From assembly GCF_019173455.1 (NCBI RefSeq), contig NZ_JADPQH010000001.1:1268391-1332390 (forward strand): a DNA stretch of 64,000 nucleotides, written 5' to 3'. Within the stretch, counting starts at the first letter, position 1, and the number at the start of each line of letters is the position of its first letter. The notes beneath the pieces were generated by a model. That model did not search any database, was not told the DNA's origin, and saw only the letters and a program-made list of their open reading frames with translations. Shown piece by piece: positions 24,980 to 34,976 of the stretch. The position numbers and the translations under genes were made by a program. This DNA is from Nesterenkonia sp. Act20. GTDB lineage: Bacteria; Actinomycetota; Actinomycetes; Actinomycetales; Micrococcaceae.

Positions 24980-27041
24980 CGGCTGAGACCGGGCCATCAC
25001 CCGGCCCCGCCCCAGCAAGCACCGCGCGCGCCGCGGCGTCCGCGTCGGCGAGGCTGCGCGCCGAGGACTCCGGATCACCACCGGCCTCCGCGGCGATCGC
25101 GGTCCCCCACTGCACGGAGCTCAGCTGCAACCCGAGCACGTAGATCTCCTCCGCCGCATCGTCGGCGGGGATGAGCCGGTGCGGCAGCGGCGTGACGTCG
25201 AAGCCCTTGCCCGATCGAGGGGCCCCCGAGGCGTCGACCAGCTCGCGCGGCCGAGCCATGCCGCTGCGCAGCAGGCCCGCCACCAGCGGTGAGCGGGAGA
25301 GCTGAACCCGGTTCGCCGGCATCATCGCTTCGAGCAGCCACCGCGCCTGATAGGCCGGCGCGGCCACGGCTGGAGATTCCGCGGTGAAGCAACCGGTCTC
25401 CCGGTCGACATCAAAGATCGGCTCCGGCCCCAGGAACTCCACCACCCCCGCCCGGGTCAGCGCTGCCAGCTCCTCGATCCGCTGCAGCGGCGGTCCGCTC
25501 GCGAGGCCTTCGACCAGCGATTCGAACCATCCCTCGATCTCGCTGATCTGGCTGGACTGCGAGACGCGTCCCTGACTGATCAGCGCCTTGACCTCCATCC
25601 GGGCCAGGTGCAGTGCGCCGATCGCCATCTTCACCGGGCTCTGCATCCCTGCCGCCGAGGTGACCGCGTCATCTTCGAGGTAGGTCTGCATATGCTGCTG
25701 GTACTGCTCCGCGGAGTCGAAGGTCAGTCCGCCGAAGGGTCTGCCGAGGGATCGGATGTCGAACCAGAGGACGTCGGGGGCGTGTTCACGCAGCAGACGA
25801 TGCCCCCGCGCCTGCAACACCGCCTCGCCCAGATGAGTGTCCGCGAGCAGAGCATCCAGAGCAGGGAGGAACTCCGCACTGAAAAGTTCCGGCGCGTTCC
25901 GCTCCAAGGTCCGGTAGTAGGTTCGAAGCACGTCGCGTTGGATCAGCGGCCACAGGTGTGCAGAGAAGTCCAGCACGTCGTGACGGCGCTCGGCGGCGGC
26001 CACCGCATCGGCATGCAGGTGATGCAGCGTCACGCCCACGGGCGCGAATCCAGGGGCAGTGGTCAGCGCGGTGGACTTGGCCCGGTAGGGAGTGCCGCGC
26101 CGAGAACCAGCCACCAGGTGCGGCTCGTCTCCGGTGGCGAGGTATTCCAGCCGCTGTCCAGCCGGGCGGTCCGGGTGTTCGTGGAACACTCCGCCGCGGC
26201 CCACGCTGGCCTGGATCATCAGGTCGAAGAAGTTCAGCCCCATGCCGCGGACCAGCACGTTCTCCCCTGCTGGCAGCGCGTGATAGTCCACCTCCGTAGG
26301 AATCGCGGGCGGTTGGTAGTGCAGATCCAGCTCTGCGGCCACCGCGCTGAAGTGCTCGCCGGTCTCGTTCAACCCCGCGGGGATATGCCCCAGCGCGAGC
26401 ACGACGTGCTCGACGCGAAGCCGGCGGGCGTCGTCGTCGTTGTCGGCGTCGTCGTCGATGTCGTTCTCGGCATCAGCGTCGTCGCCCTGCAAGGTCAGCT
26501 CATATCCCACCTGCCCCCGCCGCAGTCCACTGACCTCAGCCTGAATGTGCTCCACCGTGATACCAGGGTGCCGCTGCAGCGCCGCGCAGACCTCGGCGTG
26601 GAGCCAGCTCAGATACTGGCCGTAGGCCGCGCGGGTGGGGTAGTCGGAGTCCTGCCCACCGTGGTCCACTCCGTGGAAGACCGGAGGCTCGAAGCTGTCG
26701 CTCCGCACGGGACTCGCGGTGGCCTCTGCCGCATGCCCCTCCCTCCACTGCGCGAAGGAGCGGGAGACCGACGACGCCGGCAGCCGGCTCTGCGTGTCTC
26801 CGGCCGGCGCCGCAGTGGGAAAGCTGGCGGGGGTGTTCATGAGATACAGCGGCGACTGCCGCGGGTTCCAGACACGGCCCGGGCCATGCGGAGCGGGGTC
26901 GATCACCAGGATGCGCAGCGCAGTTTCCACAGCCTCGCCTGGGGCATGTTCTACGGCAGCGAGGAGTCGTTCGAGGAACGAGGTGCCACGGGGTCCGGCG
27001 CCGATCACGGCAACTCTTCGTTCCTGCGTCAGACGGGGCAT
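24954..27041 (-). CDS. FAD/NAD(P)-binding oxidoreductase (NAD_binding_9-like), with acidic low-complexity insert
   Basis: Probable start at internal ATG (MPRLTQERRVAVIGAGPRGTSFLERL = Rossmann GxGxxG); the Arg-rich + strand ORF 25608..27386 is its antisense. Insert DDADAENDIDDDADNDDDA. Confidence 0.6.
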   Translation of the reverse strand: MPRLTQERRVAVIGAGPRGTSFLERLLAAVEHAPGEAVETALRILVIDPAPHGPGRVWNPRQSPLYLMNTPASFPTAAPAGDTQSRLPASSVSRSFAQWREGHAAEATASPVRSDSFEPPVFHGVDHGGQDSDYPTRAAYGQYLSWLHAEVCAALQRHPGITVEHIQAEVSGLRRGQVGYELTLQGDDADAENDIDDDADNDDDARRLRVEHVVLALGHIPAGLNETGEHFSAVAAELDLHYQPPAIPTEVDYHALPAGENVLVRGMGLNFFDLMIQASVGRGGVFHEHPDRPAGQRLEYLATGDEPHLVAGSRRGTPYRAKSTALTTAPGFAPVGVTLHHLHADAVAAAERRHDVLDFSAHLWPLIQRDVLRTYYRTLERNAPELFSAEFLPALDALLADTHLGEAVLQARGHRLLREHAPDVLWFDIRSLGRPFGGLTFDSAEQYQQHMQTYLEDDAVTSAAGMQSPVKMAIGALHLARMEVKALISQGRVSQSSQISEIEGWFESLVEGLASGPPLQRIEELAALTRAGVVEFLGPEPIFDVDRETGCFTAESPAVAAPAYQARWLLEAMMPANRVQLSRSPLVAGLLRSGMARPRELVDASGAPRSGKGFDVTPLPHRLIPADDAAEEIYVLGLQLSSVQWGTAIAAEAGGDPESSARSLADADAAARAVLAGAGPGDGPVSAATGSRDPD

Positions 27042-27178
27042 GGGCGGCGCGGTCTCCTGGTGGGCTCTTCGGCGGATTCGTCCCGACCAGAGTACTGCGG
27101 GCACGCGCTTTGTCAGTTCCCTGACCGAACCGCTAGTCTAGACGGGCGCATGAGAACGGCTCGCCGCAATCGTGGGCA

Positions 27179-27270
27179 CAGGAGGCGTGCCAGAGCGGCC
27201 GAATGGGCTTCACTGCTAATGAAGTGTCCGCCTCAAAGCGGACCGGGGGTTCAAATCCCCCCGCCTCCGC
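27179..27270 (+). tRNA. tRNA-Ser (anticodon GCU), class II with long variable arm, CCA encoded
   Basis: ggaggcgtgccagagcggccgaatgggcttcactGCTaatgaagtgtccgcctcaaagcggaccgggggttcaaatccccccgcctccgcca: 7-bp acceptor stem ggaggcg/cgcctcc, anticodon loop cuGCUaa, T-arm gggggTTCaaatccccc. Confidence 0.85.
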
Positions 27271-27277
27271 CACGTGA

Positions 27278-27317
27278 TCGAAGAACCCCTGTCGGGAATG
27301 CACCTGACGGGGGTTCT
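27278..27317 (+). terminator. Stem-loop after tRNA-Ser
   Basis: gaagaacccctgtc-gggaatgcacct-gacgggggttcttc (13-bp stem) followed by tgtgtctgg. Confidence 0.5.
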
Positions 27318-27395
27318 TCTGTGTCTGGCACCCCACGCAACCCGCACCCCACGTCCCCCGCTCCACTCCCCGTCGATTCTGGCTAGGCTCGGAGC

Positions 27396-28352
27396 ATGAG
27401 AACTTCTGCAGACTTCCCGGCCGAGGAATCCCCTGCTCCGCGAGCCGTGCTGGTCGGCTGCGGCGATGTCGGCACGCGCATCGGACATCGCCTGCTCGAA
27501 CGCGGCTTCTCCGTCACCGGATGGCGACGCAGCCCGGAGCGGCTCCCCGCTGAGTTCGACGGCGCGGCGATGGACCTCACCGAGCCCGACTCCGTGCCCC
27601 AGCCGCCTGCTGACACCGCGGCACTGGTCTTCTCCCCCGCCGCCGGCAGCCGAGATCCGCAGCGCTACGAGCAGGTCTATCTCCAGGGTCTGAGCACCGT
27701 GCTGGACCGCCTGGAACAGGCAGGCCTCGCGGGTTCAGTGCGGGTCCTGCTGGTCTCCTCCACCTCGGTGATGGGCGACGCCGAAGGCATGCTCGACGAA
27801 TCCGCTCCGCTCACGCCGGCCAGTCCGACGGGCGAGATCCTGGCCCGTACCGAGGAGCTGCTGGCGAGGTGGCGCACCGCTGGGGCCGATGCGTCTCCGC
27901 GGCGACGCAGCAGCACGCTGCGCCTCTCCGGCATCTACGGTCCGGGCCGAGACCGCATCCGCAAGCAGCTGCGCGCGGGCTCGGTGGGCGAGGCCGCAGG
28001 TCAGGACACCCAGGATGCCTGGAGGATCTCCAACCGGATCCATTCCGATGACGCCGCCCGCGCCGCCGTCGAGCTGTTGACCCACCCGGCCCCGCCGGAA
28101 CTCGTGCTGGGAGTGGATGAGCTCCCCATCCCCATCGGTGTGGTGCAGAACTGGATGGCCGATCAGCTTGAGCTGCCCCGACCGTGGAGCGATCCGCGTC
28201 TGGAACCGGCGCTGCTGGAGAGTTCCCGGCCGATGGATCTGCTTGCCGCGGGTCATGGCAAGTCGCTCGACGGGTCCCGGCTTCGCGGGCTGCTCGGCGA
28301 GCTGCTGCACCGGGACTTCCGCTCGGGCTACGCCGCGATGCTGAGTGATTGA
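27396..28352 (+). CDS. NAD-dependent epimerase/dehydratase (atypical SDR)
   Basis: 318 aa; N-terminal Rossmann VLVGCGDVGTRIG; SDR-like core. Confidence 0.6.
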   Translation: MRTSADFPAEESPAPRAVLVGCGDVGTRIGHRLLERGFSVTGWRRSPERLPAEFDGAAMDLTEPDSVPQPPADTAALVFSPAAGSRDPQRYEQVYLQGLSTVLDRLEQAGLAGSVRVLLVSSTSVMGDAEGMLDESAPLTPASPTGEILARTEELLARWRTAGADASPRRRSSTLRLSGIYGPGRDRIRKQLRAGSVGEAAGQDTQDAWRISNRIHSDDAARAAVELLTHPAPPELVLGVDELPIPIGVVQNWMADQLELPRPWSDPRLEPALLESSRPMDLLAAGHGKSLDGSRLRGLLGELLHRDFRSGYAAMLSD

Positions 28353-28444
28353 TCGGCGCCACCCCAGGAATGAGCCGCCCCACGCGTCTGCGTTCCACCT
28401 CGTGTGCTTGACATCACATCTGCTCCGGTGCTTCAGTTGACTTA

Positions 28445-28460
28445 CTGACCATTCGGTCTG
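28445..28460. promoter_or_regulatory. PaaR-type operator-like motif upstream of paaI
   Basis: actgaccattcggtctgg, related to the sites at 34977 and 56270. Confidence 0.45.
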
Positions 28461-28481
28461 GAAATGCGATGAGGAGCACCG

Positions 28482-28940
28482 ATGACTGAATCCACCCAGC
28501 TCGCCCCGGCGGGTCATGAGAGCTCCCACCAGGGCCCGCGGCACCGGATGCTGGAGAACGATCGCACCTCGCAGGCGCTGGGGATCGTGGTTCTGCAGGC
28601 TGATCCCGGCCACGCGAAGATCAGCATGACGATCCGTGAGGACATGACCAACGGCTTCGACATCGCCCACGGCGGGATGATCTTCTCGCTGGCCGACACC
28701 TGCTTCGCGATGGCCTGCAACCACCCCGAGCTGGACGAGGGCACGATCACCGTGGCCTCCGGCGTCGACATCAATTTCCTGAAGCCCGCCCTGCTCGGCG
28801 ACGAGGTCGTCGCCGAAGCGATCGAGGTGGCGCACACCGGACGCAGCGGCTTCACTGATGTGACGATCAGCCGCGGCGACGACCTCATCGGCATCTTCCG
28901 TGGCCGCTCACGCACCATCGCCTCCCCCGGAAAGAAGTGA
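28482..28940 (+). CDS. paaI: Hotdog-fold thioesterase PaaI (phenylacetyl-CoA pathway)
   Basis: 152 aa; PaaI/4HBT signature (HGGMIFSLADTCFAMA). Confidence 0.8.
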   Translation: MTESTQLAPAGHESSHQGPRHRMLENDRTSQALGIVVLQADPGHAKISMTIREDMTNGFDIAHGGMIFSLADTCFAMACNHPELDEGTITVASGVDINFLKPALLGDEVVAEAIEVAHTGRSGFTDVTISRGDDLIGIFRGRSRTIASPGKK

Positions 28941-28944
28941 ACCC

Positions 28945-30276
28945 ATGAGCATCCTCAACACCGAGACCGACGAGGCCGCCGCGACCGAACCCGGCCAGCC
29001 CGACCCCGCCGAGCTGATGACCCGCGAGGAGATCGAGGCGCTGCAGCTCACCCGGCTGAAGGCCACCATCCGCCACGCCTACGAGAACGTCGCGGCCTAC
29101 CGCGAGCTCTATGACGCACACGGCGTCGGCCCCGACGACCTGCAGACACTGGACGATCTCGCGAAGTTTCCCTATACCGATAAGGAGTTCCTGCGCGCGG
29201 CCTACCCCTTCAAGGCGTTCGCCGTGCCGATGGAGCAGGTCCGTCGCGTCCATGCCTCCTCCGGCACCACGGGCCGTCCCACGGTGGTGGGCTACACCGA
29301 TGAGGACATCGACACCTGGGCCACGTTGCTCGCCCGCTGCCTGCGCTTCTCCGGCGTGCGCCCCGGAGACCTGGTGCACAACGCCTACGGCTACGGACTC
29401 TTCACCGGCGGCCTTGGAGCCCACTACGGGATCGAGAAGCTCAAAGCCACGGTGATCCCCATGTCCGGCGGTCAGAGCGAGAAGCAGGTCCAGCTGATCC
29501 AGGACTTCAAGCCCAGGGTCATCCTGTGCACCCCGACCTACCTGCTCGCGCTGGCAGACGCCTTCCGCAACGCCGGGGTGGATCCGCGAGAGACCTCGCT
29601 GGAAGTGGCAGTCCTCGGCGCGGAGCCCTGGACCGACAAGATGCGCCACGAGATTGAGCAGACCTTCAACCTCACAGCCTGTGACATCTATGGACTCTCC
29701 GAGGTCATGGGCCCCGGCGTGGCAGGTGAGTCCGGAGAACGCCAGGACGGCTCCACCATCTGGGAAGACCACTTCCGCCCCGAGATCATCGACCCGATCA
29801 GCGAAGAGGTGCTGCGCACCGGCGAACACGGCGAGCTGGTGTTCACCACGCTGACCAAGCAGGCGCTGCCCATCATCCGCTATCGCACCCACGACCTCAC
29901 CCGGCTGCTGCCCGGCTCGGACCGGCCCGGTCACCGCCGGATGGGCCGGATCACCGGCCGCAGCGATGACATGATCATCCTGCGCGGGGTCAACCTCTTC
30001 CCCTCCCAGATCGAAGAGATCGCCCTGGAGATCCCCGGGCTCTCCCCGCATTTCCAGCTGCGCCTGGCTCGGCCGGAGAAGATGGACGAGATGACCGTGC
30101 ACATCGAGCGGCGCCCGGAGACCAGCCTCGAAGCCGCTGAGGCCGCAGGCGCAGAGCTGGGCCGGCAGATCAAGGTCAAGGTCGGCTCCAGCTGCCGGAT
30201 CACCGTGGAAGAGCCCGGTTCGCTGGCCCGCTCCTCCGGCAAGCTGCGCCGGATCTATGACCAACGCCCGAAATAA
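28945..30276 (+). CDS. paaK: Phenylacetate-CoA ligase
   Basis: Start at internal ATG (MSILNTE...) 5 nt after the paaI stop; AMP-binding motif SSGTTGRPTVVGYT, PaaK fold. Confidence 0.8.
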   Translation: MSILNTETDEAAATEPGQPDPAELMTREEIEALQLTRLKATIRHAYENVAAYRELYDAHGVGPDDLQTLDDLAKFPYTDKEFLRAAYPFKAFAVPMEQVRRVHASSGTTGRPTVVGYTDEDIDTWATLLARCLRFSGVRPGDLVHNAYGYGLFTGGLGAHYGIEKLKATVIPMSGGQSEKQVQLIQDFKPRVILCTPTYLLALADAFRNAGVDPRETSLEVAVLGAEPWTDKMRHEIEQTFNLTACDIYGLSEVMGPGVAGESGERQDGSTIWEDHFRPEIIDPISEEVLRTGEHGELVFTTLTKQALPIIRYRTHDLTRLLPGSDRPGHRRMGRITGRSDDMIILRGVNLFPSQIEEIALEIPGLSPHFQLRLARPEKMDEMTVHIERRPETSLEAAEAAGAELGRQIKVKVGSSCRITVEEPGSLARSSGKLRRIYDQRPK

Positions 30277-30288
30277 TCCGCCGCTAGT

Positions 30289-30918
30289 GTGGGAGCCATG
30301 ACAAGCACTTCCACGACTGCCGGCACCTCGCGCCGGGGGCGTCCCGGCTATGACCGCGAGGGGCTGATCACCGTGTGCGTGGAGGCCTTCAACAGGCATG
30401 GCTATGAGGCCACGTCCATGGGCGCACTCTCCCGTGAACTGGGCATCTCCAAGTCCGCAATCTATCACCACGTGGACTCCAAGGAAGAGATCCTTGACAT
30501 CGCGCTGAACCGCTCGCTTGCCGAGCTGGAACGCGTGGTCTCCGAGGCGGAGGCGCTGGAGGCTACGGCCGTGGAGGAGCTCGAGATCATCCTCAGCGAA
30601 TCGGTCAAGGTGCTGACCACGTCACTGCCCTATGTGACGCTGCTGCTGCGGCTGCGCGGGAACTCCGAGATGGAGGTCAAGGCGCTGCAGCGACGTCGCG
30701 AGATCACTCTGCGCATCGCGGAGCTGATCCGTCAGGCCCAGGAGAACGGTGACCTGCGCAGCGACATCGATGCACGCACCGCTTCCCGCCTGGCCATGGG
30801 CACGATCAATTCGATCGTGGACTGGTACCGCCCCGTGGGCGGCGCCCCGGACGCCGCCCTGGCCGAGACGGTAAAGCAGATGGTGCTCGGCGGGCTGCGC
30901 GCAGCGTCCTCCAGCTAG
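30289..30918 (+). CDS. paaR: TetR-family regulator (PaaR-like)
   Basis: 209 aa; TetR HTH (ATSMGALSRELGISKSAIYHHV); immediately downstream of paaK. Confidence 0.7.
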   Translation: MGAMTSTSTTAGTSRRGRPGYDREGLITVCVEAFNRHGYEATSMGALSRELGISKSAIYHHVDSKEEILDIALNRSLAELERVVSEAEALEATAVEELEIILSESVKVLTTSLPYVTLLLRLRGNSEMEVKALQRRREITLRIAELIRQAQENGDLRSDIDARTASRLAMGTINSIVDWYRPVGGAPDAALAETVKQMVLGGLRAASSS

Positions 30919-31282
30919 CCCTCACGAGAAACTTTTCATTGCATCGGGCAACTGCCTGAAGTCCCGCCACGGCAGCGATGCAGGCGCGCACACTCCCCCG
31001 TGAGGCGTCATTTTCGCGGTGAACGGCACCGCACACCTGTTGACCGTCGAGTTTTGTTCAAGCTAGCGTCGAACCAAATCAAGGGTGCCGCTCACGTGTT
31101 TTCACTTGTCAGTGACACTCTCAGTCCACCCAGGGCTGGTCCTGGGAATCTTTTGTGTCCTCGATCCATCGAAGATCTGAAGATTTCAGTCGATTCCGCG
31201 ACAGATGCCTGTCCCGGAGTGCAGCCACTCCAGCTCACCATCGACCAGGTCTGATCACACCTGCGCATGGAGGTACCAACGG

Positions 31283-32719
31283 ATGGATATTCTGACGACG
31301 GGCGGCACACTCGCCCTGGTGATCGCTCTGCTGGTGGCCGCGGTGGTGATCGGCGCCGTGGTGCTGCTGATGATGCGGGCCTGGACCAAAGTCGCCCGGG
31401 CCGATGAGGCACTCGTGGTCACCGGCAAGTCCTCCCGGTCCGATGTGCCGGGTTCGCGACCCAAACAGGTCATCGTCAACGGACGAGCCATGGTCAACCC
31501 GATCCGACAGCGGCACGAGATCATCTCGCTGCGCTCCCGGCAGGTCCTGATGACGGTCACCGCGCAGAGTCACGACAACGTGACGATCAACGCCGAGGCC
31601 GTGGCGCTGGTCAAGATCGGCAGCGCGGACGAGGACGTCAAGGCAGCCTCGGAGCGCTTCGCCTCCCAGGACGACGCCGTGGTCGAGTACACCCAGGACC
31701 AGCTCGAAGGTGCTCTCCGTGGGCTGATGGCCCAGCAGACCGTCATCCAGCTGATGCGCGACCGACAGAAGTTCTCCGATGAGATCTCCAAGTCGATCTC
31801 CCCCGAGCTGCTCACCCAGGGCCTCCTGCTGGACTCCTTCCAGATCCGTGAGATCACTGACGATTCGGGGTACATCTCCTCCCTGGGCGCTCCGGAGATC
31901 GAAGCCAAGCGCCAGGCCGCCGAGATCGCCGCGACGAATGCCGAGCGTGCGATCGCCAAGGAGCGGATCTCCAACAGCGAGCAGAACCTGGTCGAGGAGA
32001 CCGAGTACGACTCGAACAAGGCCGCTGCGGCTTCGCGAGTCGGTCAGGCACGAGCTCAGGCCGAGCAGGCGGAGGCCCTGGCCGGGGAGAAGGCTCGGCA
32101 GGAGGTCCTCGGACAGCGCGCGGAGAACCGCCAGGCTGAGCTCGACGCCGAGGTGAAGCGTGTCGCCGACGCTGATCTCTACAAGCAGCAGAAGCGCGCC
32201 GACGCCGAGGCCTACGACCGCACCAAGGCCGCCGAGGCGGAGGCACTGGTCGCCGAATCAGAGGCACGCGCGCGCCTCCAGCGCTCTGAGGCTGAGGCCA
32301 CCGCCATACGTGCCGAGGGCGAGGCGAAGGCTTCTGCAATCCGTGCCGAGGCTGAGGCGCTGCGCGAGAACCAGGAAGCCGTATTGGCCCGTGAGGCCCT
32401 CTCCGTGCTCCCCCAGCTGATGGAATCCTTCGCAGCCGGCTATGCCAACGTCGGATCCGTGACGCTCATCGGTGGCAGCGGCGAATCGGGTGCCGCGAAG
32501 CACTTCGACGGTGAGTCCTCGGTCGCCCTGGCAGGAGTCTTCAAGAGCGTCGAGGCCACCACCGGGATCGATCTCGGGTCGATTCTGCAGTCGAAGGCCC
32601 AGGGAACGGCGATCGGTGAGGCACTGGCCGAGTCCAGTTCCGGCATCGGCACCGGCACCGGCACCGGCACCGGCACCGGCACCGGCACCAAGGAAGCGGA
32701 GAGCACACAGAACGAGTAG
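31283..32719 (+). CDS. Flotillin-like SPFH/band-7 membrane protein (YqiK/FloT-like) with (GT)7 tail
   Basis: Start at internal ATG MDILTTGG of track ORF 31205; N-terminal TM helix, SPFH domain, long A/E-rich coiled-coil (EA repeats), C-terminal GTGTGTGTGTGTGT. Confidence 0.75.
   Translation: MDILTTGGTLALVIALLVAAVVIGAVVLLMMRAWTKVARADEALVVTGKSSRSDVPGSRPKQVIVNGRAMVNPIRQRHEIISLRSRQVLMTVTAQSHDNVTINAEAVALVKIGSADEDVKAASERFASQDDAVVEYTQDQLEGALRGLMAQQTVIQLMRDRQKFSDEISKSISPELLTQGLLLDSFQIREITDDSGYISSLGAPEIEAKRQAAEIAATNAERAIAKERISNSEQNLVEETEYDSNKAAAASRVGQARAQAEQAEALAGEKARQEVLGQRAENRQAELDAEVKRVADADLYKQQKRADAEAYDRTKAAEAEALVAESEARARLQRSEAEATAIRAEGEAKASAIRAEAEALRENQEAVLAREALSVLPQLMESFAAGYANVGSVTLIGGSGESGAAKHFDGESSVALAGVFKSVEATTGIDLGSILQSKAQGTAIGEALAESSSGIGTGTGTGTGTGTGTKEAESTQNE
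32648..32689. repeat. Hexanucleotide microsatellite (ggcacc)x7 inside the flotillin 3' end
   Basis: Read directly; in-frame, encodes (Gly-Thr)7. Confidence 0.9.
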
Positions 32720-32827
32720 GTACCCAGCAGTCCAGATGGTCTTGCCGCGTTCCCCCGTGCGTGAGATTCTGCCCTGAGTCAGACGTCCCCCTCGGGGACG
32801 GTCGTTCAGCGCAGAGGGAGTCGAGCA

Positions 32828-33562
32828 GTGCTCAGCAGTGAGATCGCCGATCTCGCGGGGGTCACCGTGCGCACGCTGCGCCACTACCATCACATCGGAG
32901 TGCTTCCCGAGCCCCCTCGCAGCTCCGCCGGCTACCGCCACTACGACATCAGCCATCTGGTTCAGCTCTTGCGCATCAAGAGACTGACCGCACTGGGCTT
33001 CCCACTGGCAGACCTAGAGACGGCCCTGGATGTTCCTTCGGCCGCCGAGAACCTGCTCGAGGAGCTTGACCTGCAGGCCGCCGCCGAGATCGAGCGTCTC
33101 AACGCGCGCCGTGCACGCATCGCTGAACTGCGCAGCAGCGGATCCCCGGCTGATCTCTCACCCGAACTGGCAGCCTGGCGCTCGGCTCCAGAGGCGCTTC
33201 TCTCCGAAGAGATTTCGCAGCTCGAACACGAACAGCTGGTGCTGCTCGGGCACCTCCTGGGGGACGGCGGGCACGAGACCTTCTCGGCCGGTTTCGCAGC
33301 GCTGAACACCCAGTTGATCACACCGCTCACGGCGCGCTTCGCCGCCCTCGACACCGACACACCCGACACCGAGATCGAGGCTCTGACCCAGGAGATGATC
33401 TCTGTCCTGCGCCCTGTGAATAAGAGGTTCGCGGATCTTCCGCCCTTGGATGACCAGGTCATCGCGCTGATGGACGAATTGGCTGAGCAGAGGCTGCATC
33501 CTGTCCAGCGTCGTGTTCTGCGCCAGATCCAGCAGGTGATGGAACAGCTCGAGGACAGCTGA
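32828..33562 (+). CDS. MerR-family transcriptional regulator
   Basis: 244 aa; N-terminal MerR HTH (LSSEIADLAGVTVRTLRHYHHIGVL), C-terminal effector domain. Confidence 0.75.
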   Translation: MLSSEIADLAGVTVRTLRHYHHIGVLPEPPRSSAGYRHYDISHLVQLLRIKRLTALGFPLADLETALDVPSAAENLLEELDLQAAAEIERLNARRARIAELRSSGSPADLSPELAAWRSAPEALLSEEISQLEHEQLVLLGHLLGDGGHETFSAGFAALNTQLITPLTARFAALDTDTPDTEIEALTQEMISVLRPVNKRFADLPPLDDQVIALMDELAEQRLHPVQRRVLRQIQQVMEQLEDS

Positions 33563-33605
33563 ACCTCCGAGGACTTGACCCTGACGCGACGTCATAGCCT
33601 GAACT

Positions 33606-34838
33606 GTGCGCATGAACAGAACCTCGCTCTTCTACTTCGCCTCATTCGTCGCCTCCCTGCTGGGCAATTCGATCACCACCATCGCCCTGCCGCTGCTCGT
33701 GCTGTTCACGACCGGCAGTCCGCTCGACGCCGGAATCGTGGCGATCGCCGCCTCGGTGCCGGCCGCGATCGCCGGGCTGCTGATGGGTTCGCTCATCGAC
33801 CGGATCAATCGACGCACCGCATCGATCATCGCGGATGTCATCTCCGCCCTCGCACTGCTCATCCTGCCCATCGTCGAACTGACGGTCGGGCTGAACCCGA
33901 GCTGGTTCATCGCCGTGGCGGTATCGAGCTCCTTCGGAGACGTCCCCGGAATCACCGCCCGGGAAGCGATGCTCCCGGCCGTCGCGAAGGCGGCGGGAGC
34001 GGAGCCGTCGCGGCTCATCGGCCTGCGCGAAGCACTCACCGGGGTGACCATGCTCATCGGTCCGGCCATCGCCGGCGTGCTGGTCGCAGCCCTGGAGCCG
34101 GTGACGGTCCTGTGGTTCACCTCCGGCCTAGCGGGCCTGGCGGTGCTGCTCACCCTCGGCATTCCGTCCAGGGCGACGGCGCATCAGCGTGACCGCGACG
34201 CGGAGACCTCGACGCAGGGCATGAGCTCGGTCTTCAACGGCCTCAACATTCTGCTCCGCTCCCCGCTGCTTCGCGGAATGCTGCTGCTGGCCATCACGCT
34301 CGGGGTCGTGCTCGCGGCCATCCAGGGCATGGTGGTGCCGGTCCACTTCGCCTTCCAGAATGAACCTCAGTACGTCGGATTCGTGCTCAGCTCACTCGCC
34401 GCAGGCCTGCTTGTAGGCGGTGGCCTCTTCGCGGCCCTCGCCAACAGATTCCCGCGCAGGGTCTGGTTCATCTCCGGCATCGTCATTCTGGCGGTGGGTT
34501 TCGGCGGCCTCGCCTTCCTCGGCCCGGTCTGGACGATCTTCGCCTCGGCCGCAGTCGCTGGTCTCGGCGGTGGCGCCATGAACGCCGTCGTCGGACTGAC
34601 CTTTGTGGAGAACGTCGACGAGTCCCAGCGTGGCAGGGTCCTGGGCGCACAGAACGCGATCTTGACCCTCGCACCGGCGCTGGGCATCGGCGGTGGGGCT
34701 GTCCTGATCGATACCGGCAGTCTGCACCTCGCGACCACGGCCTTCGTCGCAGCCTGGGTGGTGGTCTCGCTCGGATCCCTGTTCAACCCGCTGATCCGCA
34801 GACTCGGCGAACCCTCCCGTGAGCTCGTCGATGCGTGA
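33606..34838 (+). CDS. MFS transporter (efflux type)
   Basis: 410 aa, ~12 TM helices; paired with the MerR regulator. Confidence 0.75.
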   Translation: MRMNRTSLFYFASFVASLLGNSITTIALPLLVLFTTGSPLDAGIVAIAASVPAAIAGLLMGSLIDRINRRTASIIADVISALALLILPIVELTVGLNPSWFIAVAVSSSFGDVPGITAREAMLPAVAKAAGAEPSRLIGLREALTGVTMLIGPAIAGVLVAALEPVTVLWFTSGLAGLAVLLTLGIPSRATAHQRDRDAETSTQGMSSVFNGLNILLRSPLLRGMLLLAITLGVVLAAIQGMVVPVHFAFQNEPQYVGFVLSSLAAGLLVGGGLFAALANRFPRRVWFISGIVILAVGFGGLAFLGPVWTIFASAAVAGLGGGAMNAVVGLTFVENVDESQRGRVLGAQNAILTLAPALGIGGGAVLIDTGSLHLATTAFVAAWVVVSLGSLFNPLIRRLGEPSRELVDA

Positions 34839-34976
34839 ACACGCTTGACCACGGGGAGGGAGCCCACTCAGCCGCAGCGACGCAACAGCCCGACACTCGG
34901 CTCAGGAGGGCTCCCCACCCCGGACCTCCGATCTTTCGCTGGCTCTGCGTGTTGACCGTCACACCTCCAGTGCTAT

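Noticed and set aside
26400-26470. gtcgtcgtc/gat-rich simple repeat
   Set aside because: Codes for an acidic Asp-rich loop (DDADAENDIDDDADNDDDA) of the oxidoreductase; a low-complexity coding segment, not a regulatory element.
25608-27386. 592-aa + strand ORF
   Set aside because: Antisense to the FAD/NAD(P)-binding oxidoreductase, which has a genuine GxGxxG Rossmann start, and it runs through the tRNA-Ser gene.
28885-30471. 528-aa minus-strand ORF over paaK
   Set aside because: Antisense to paaK; no motifs.
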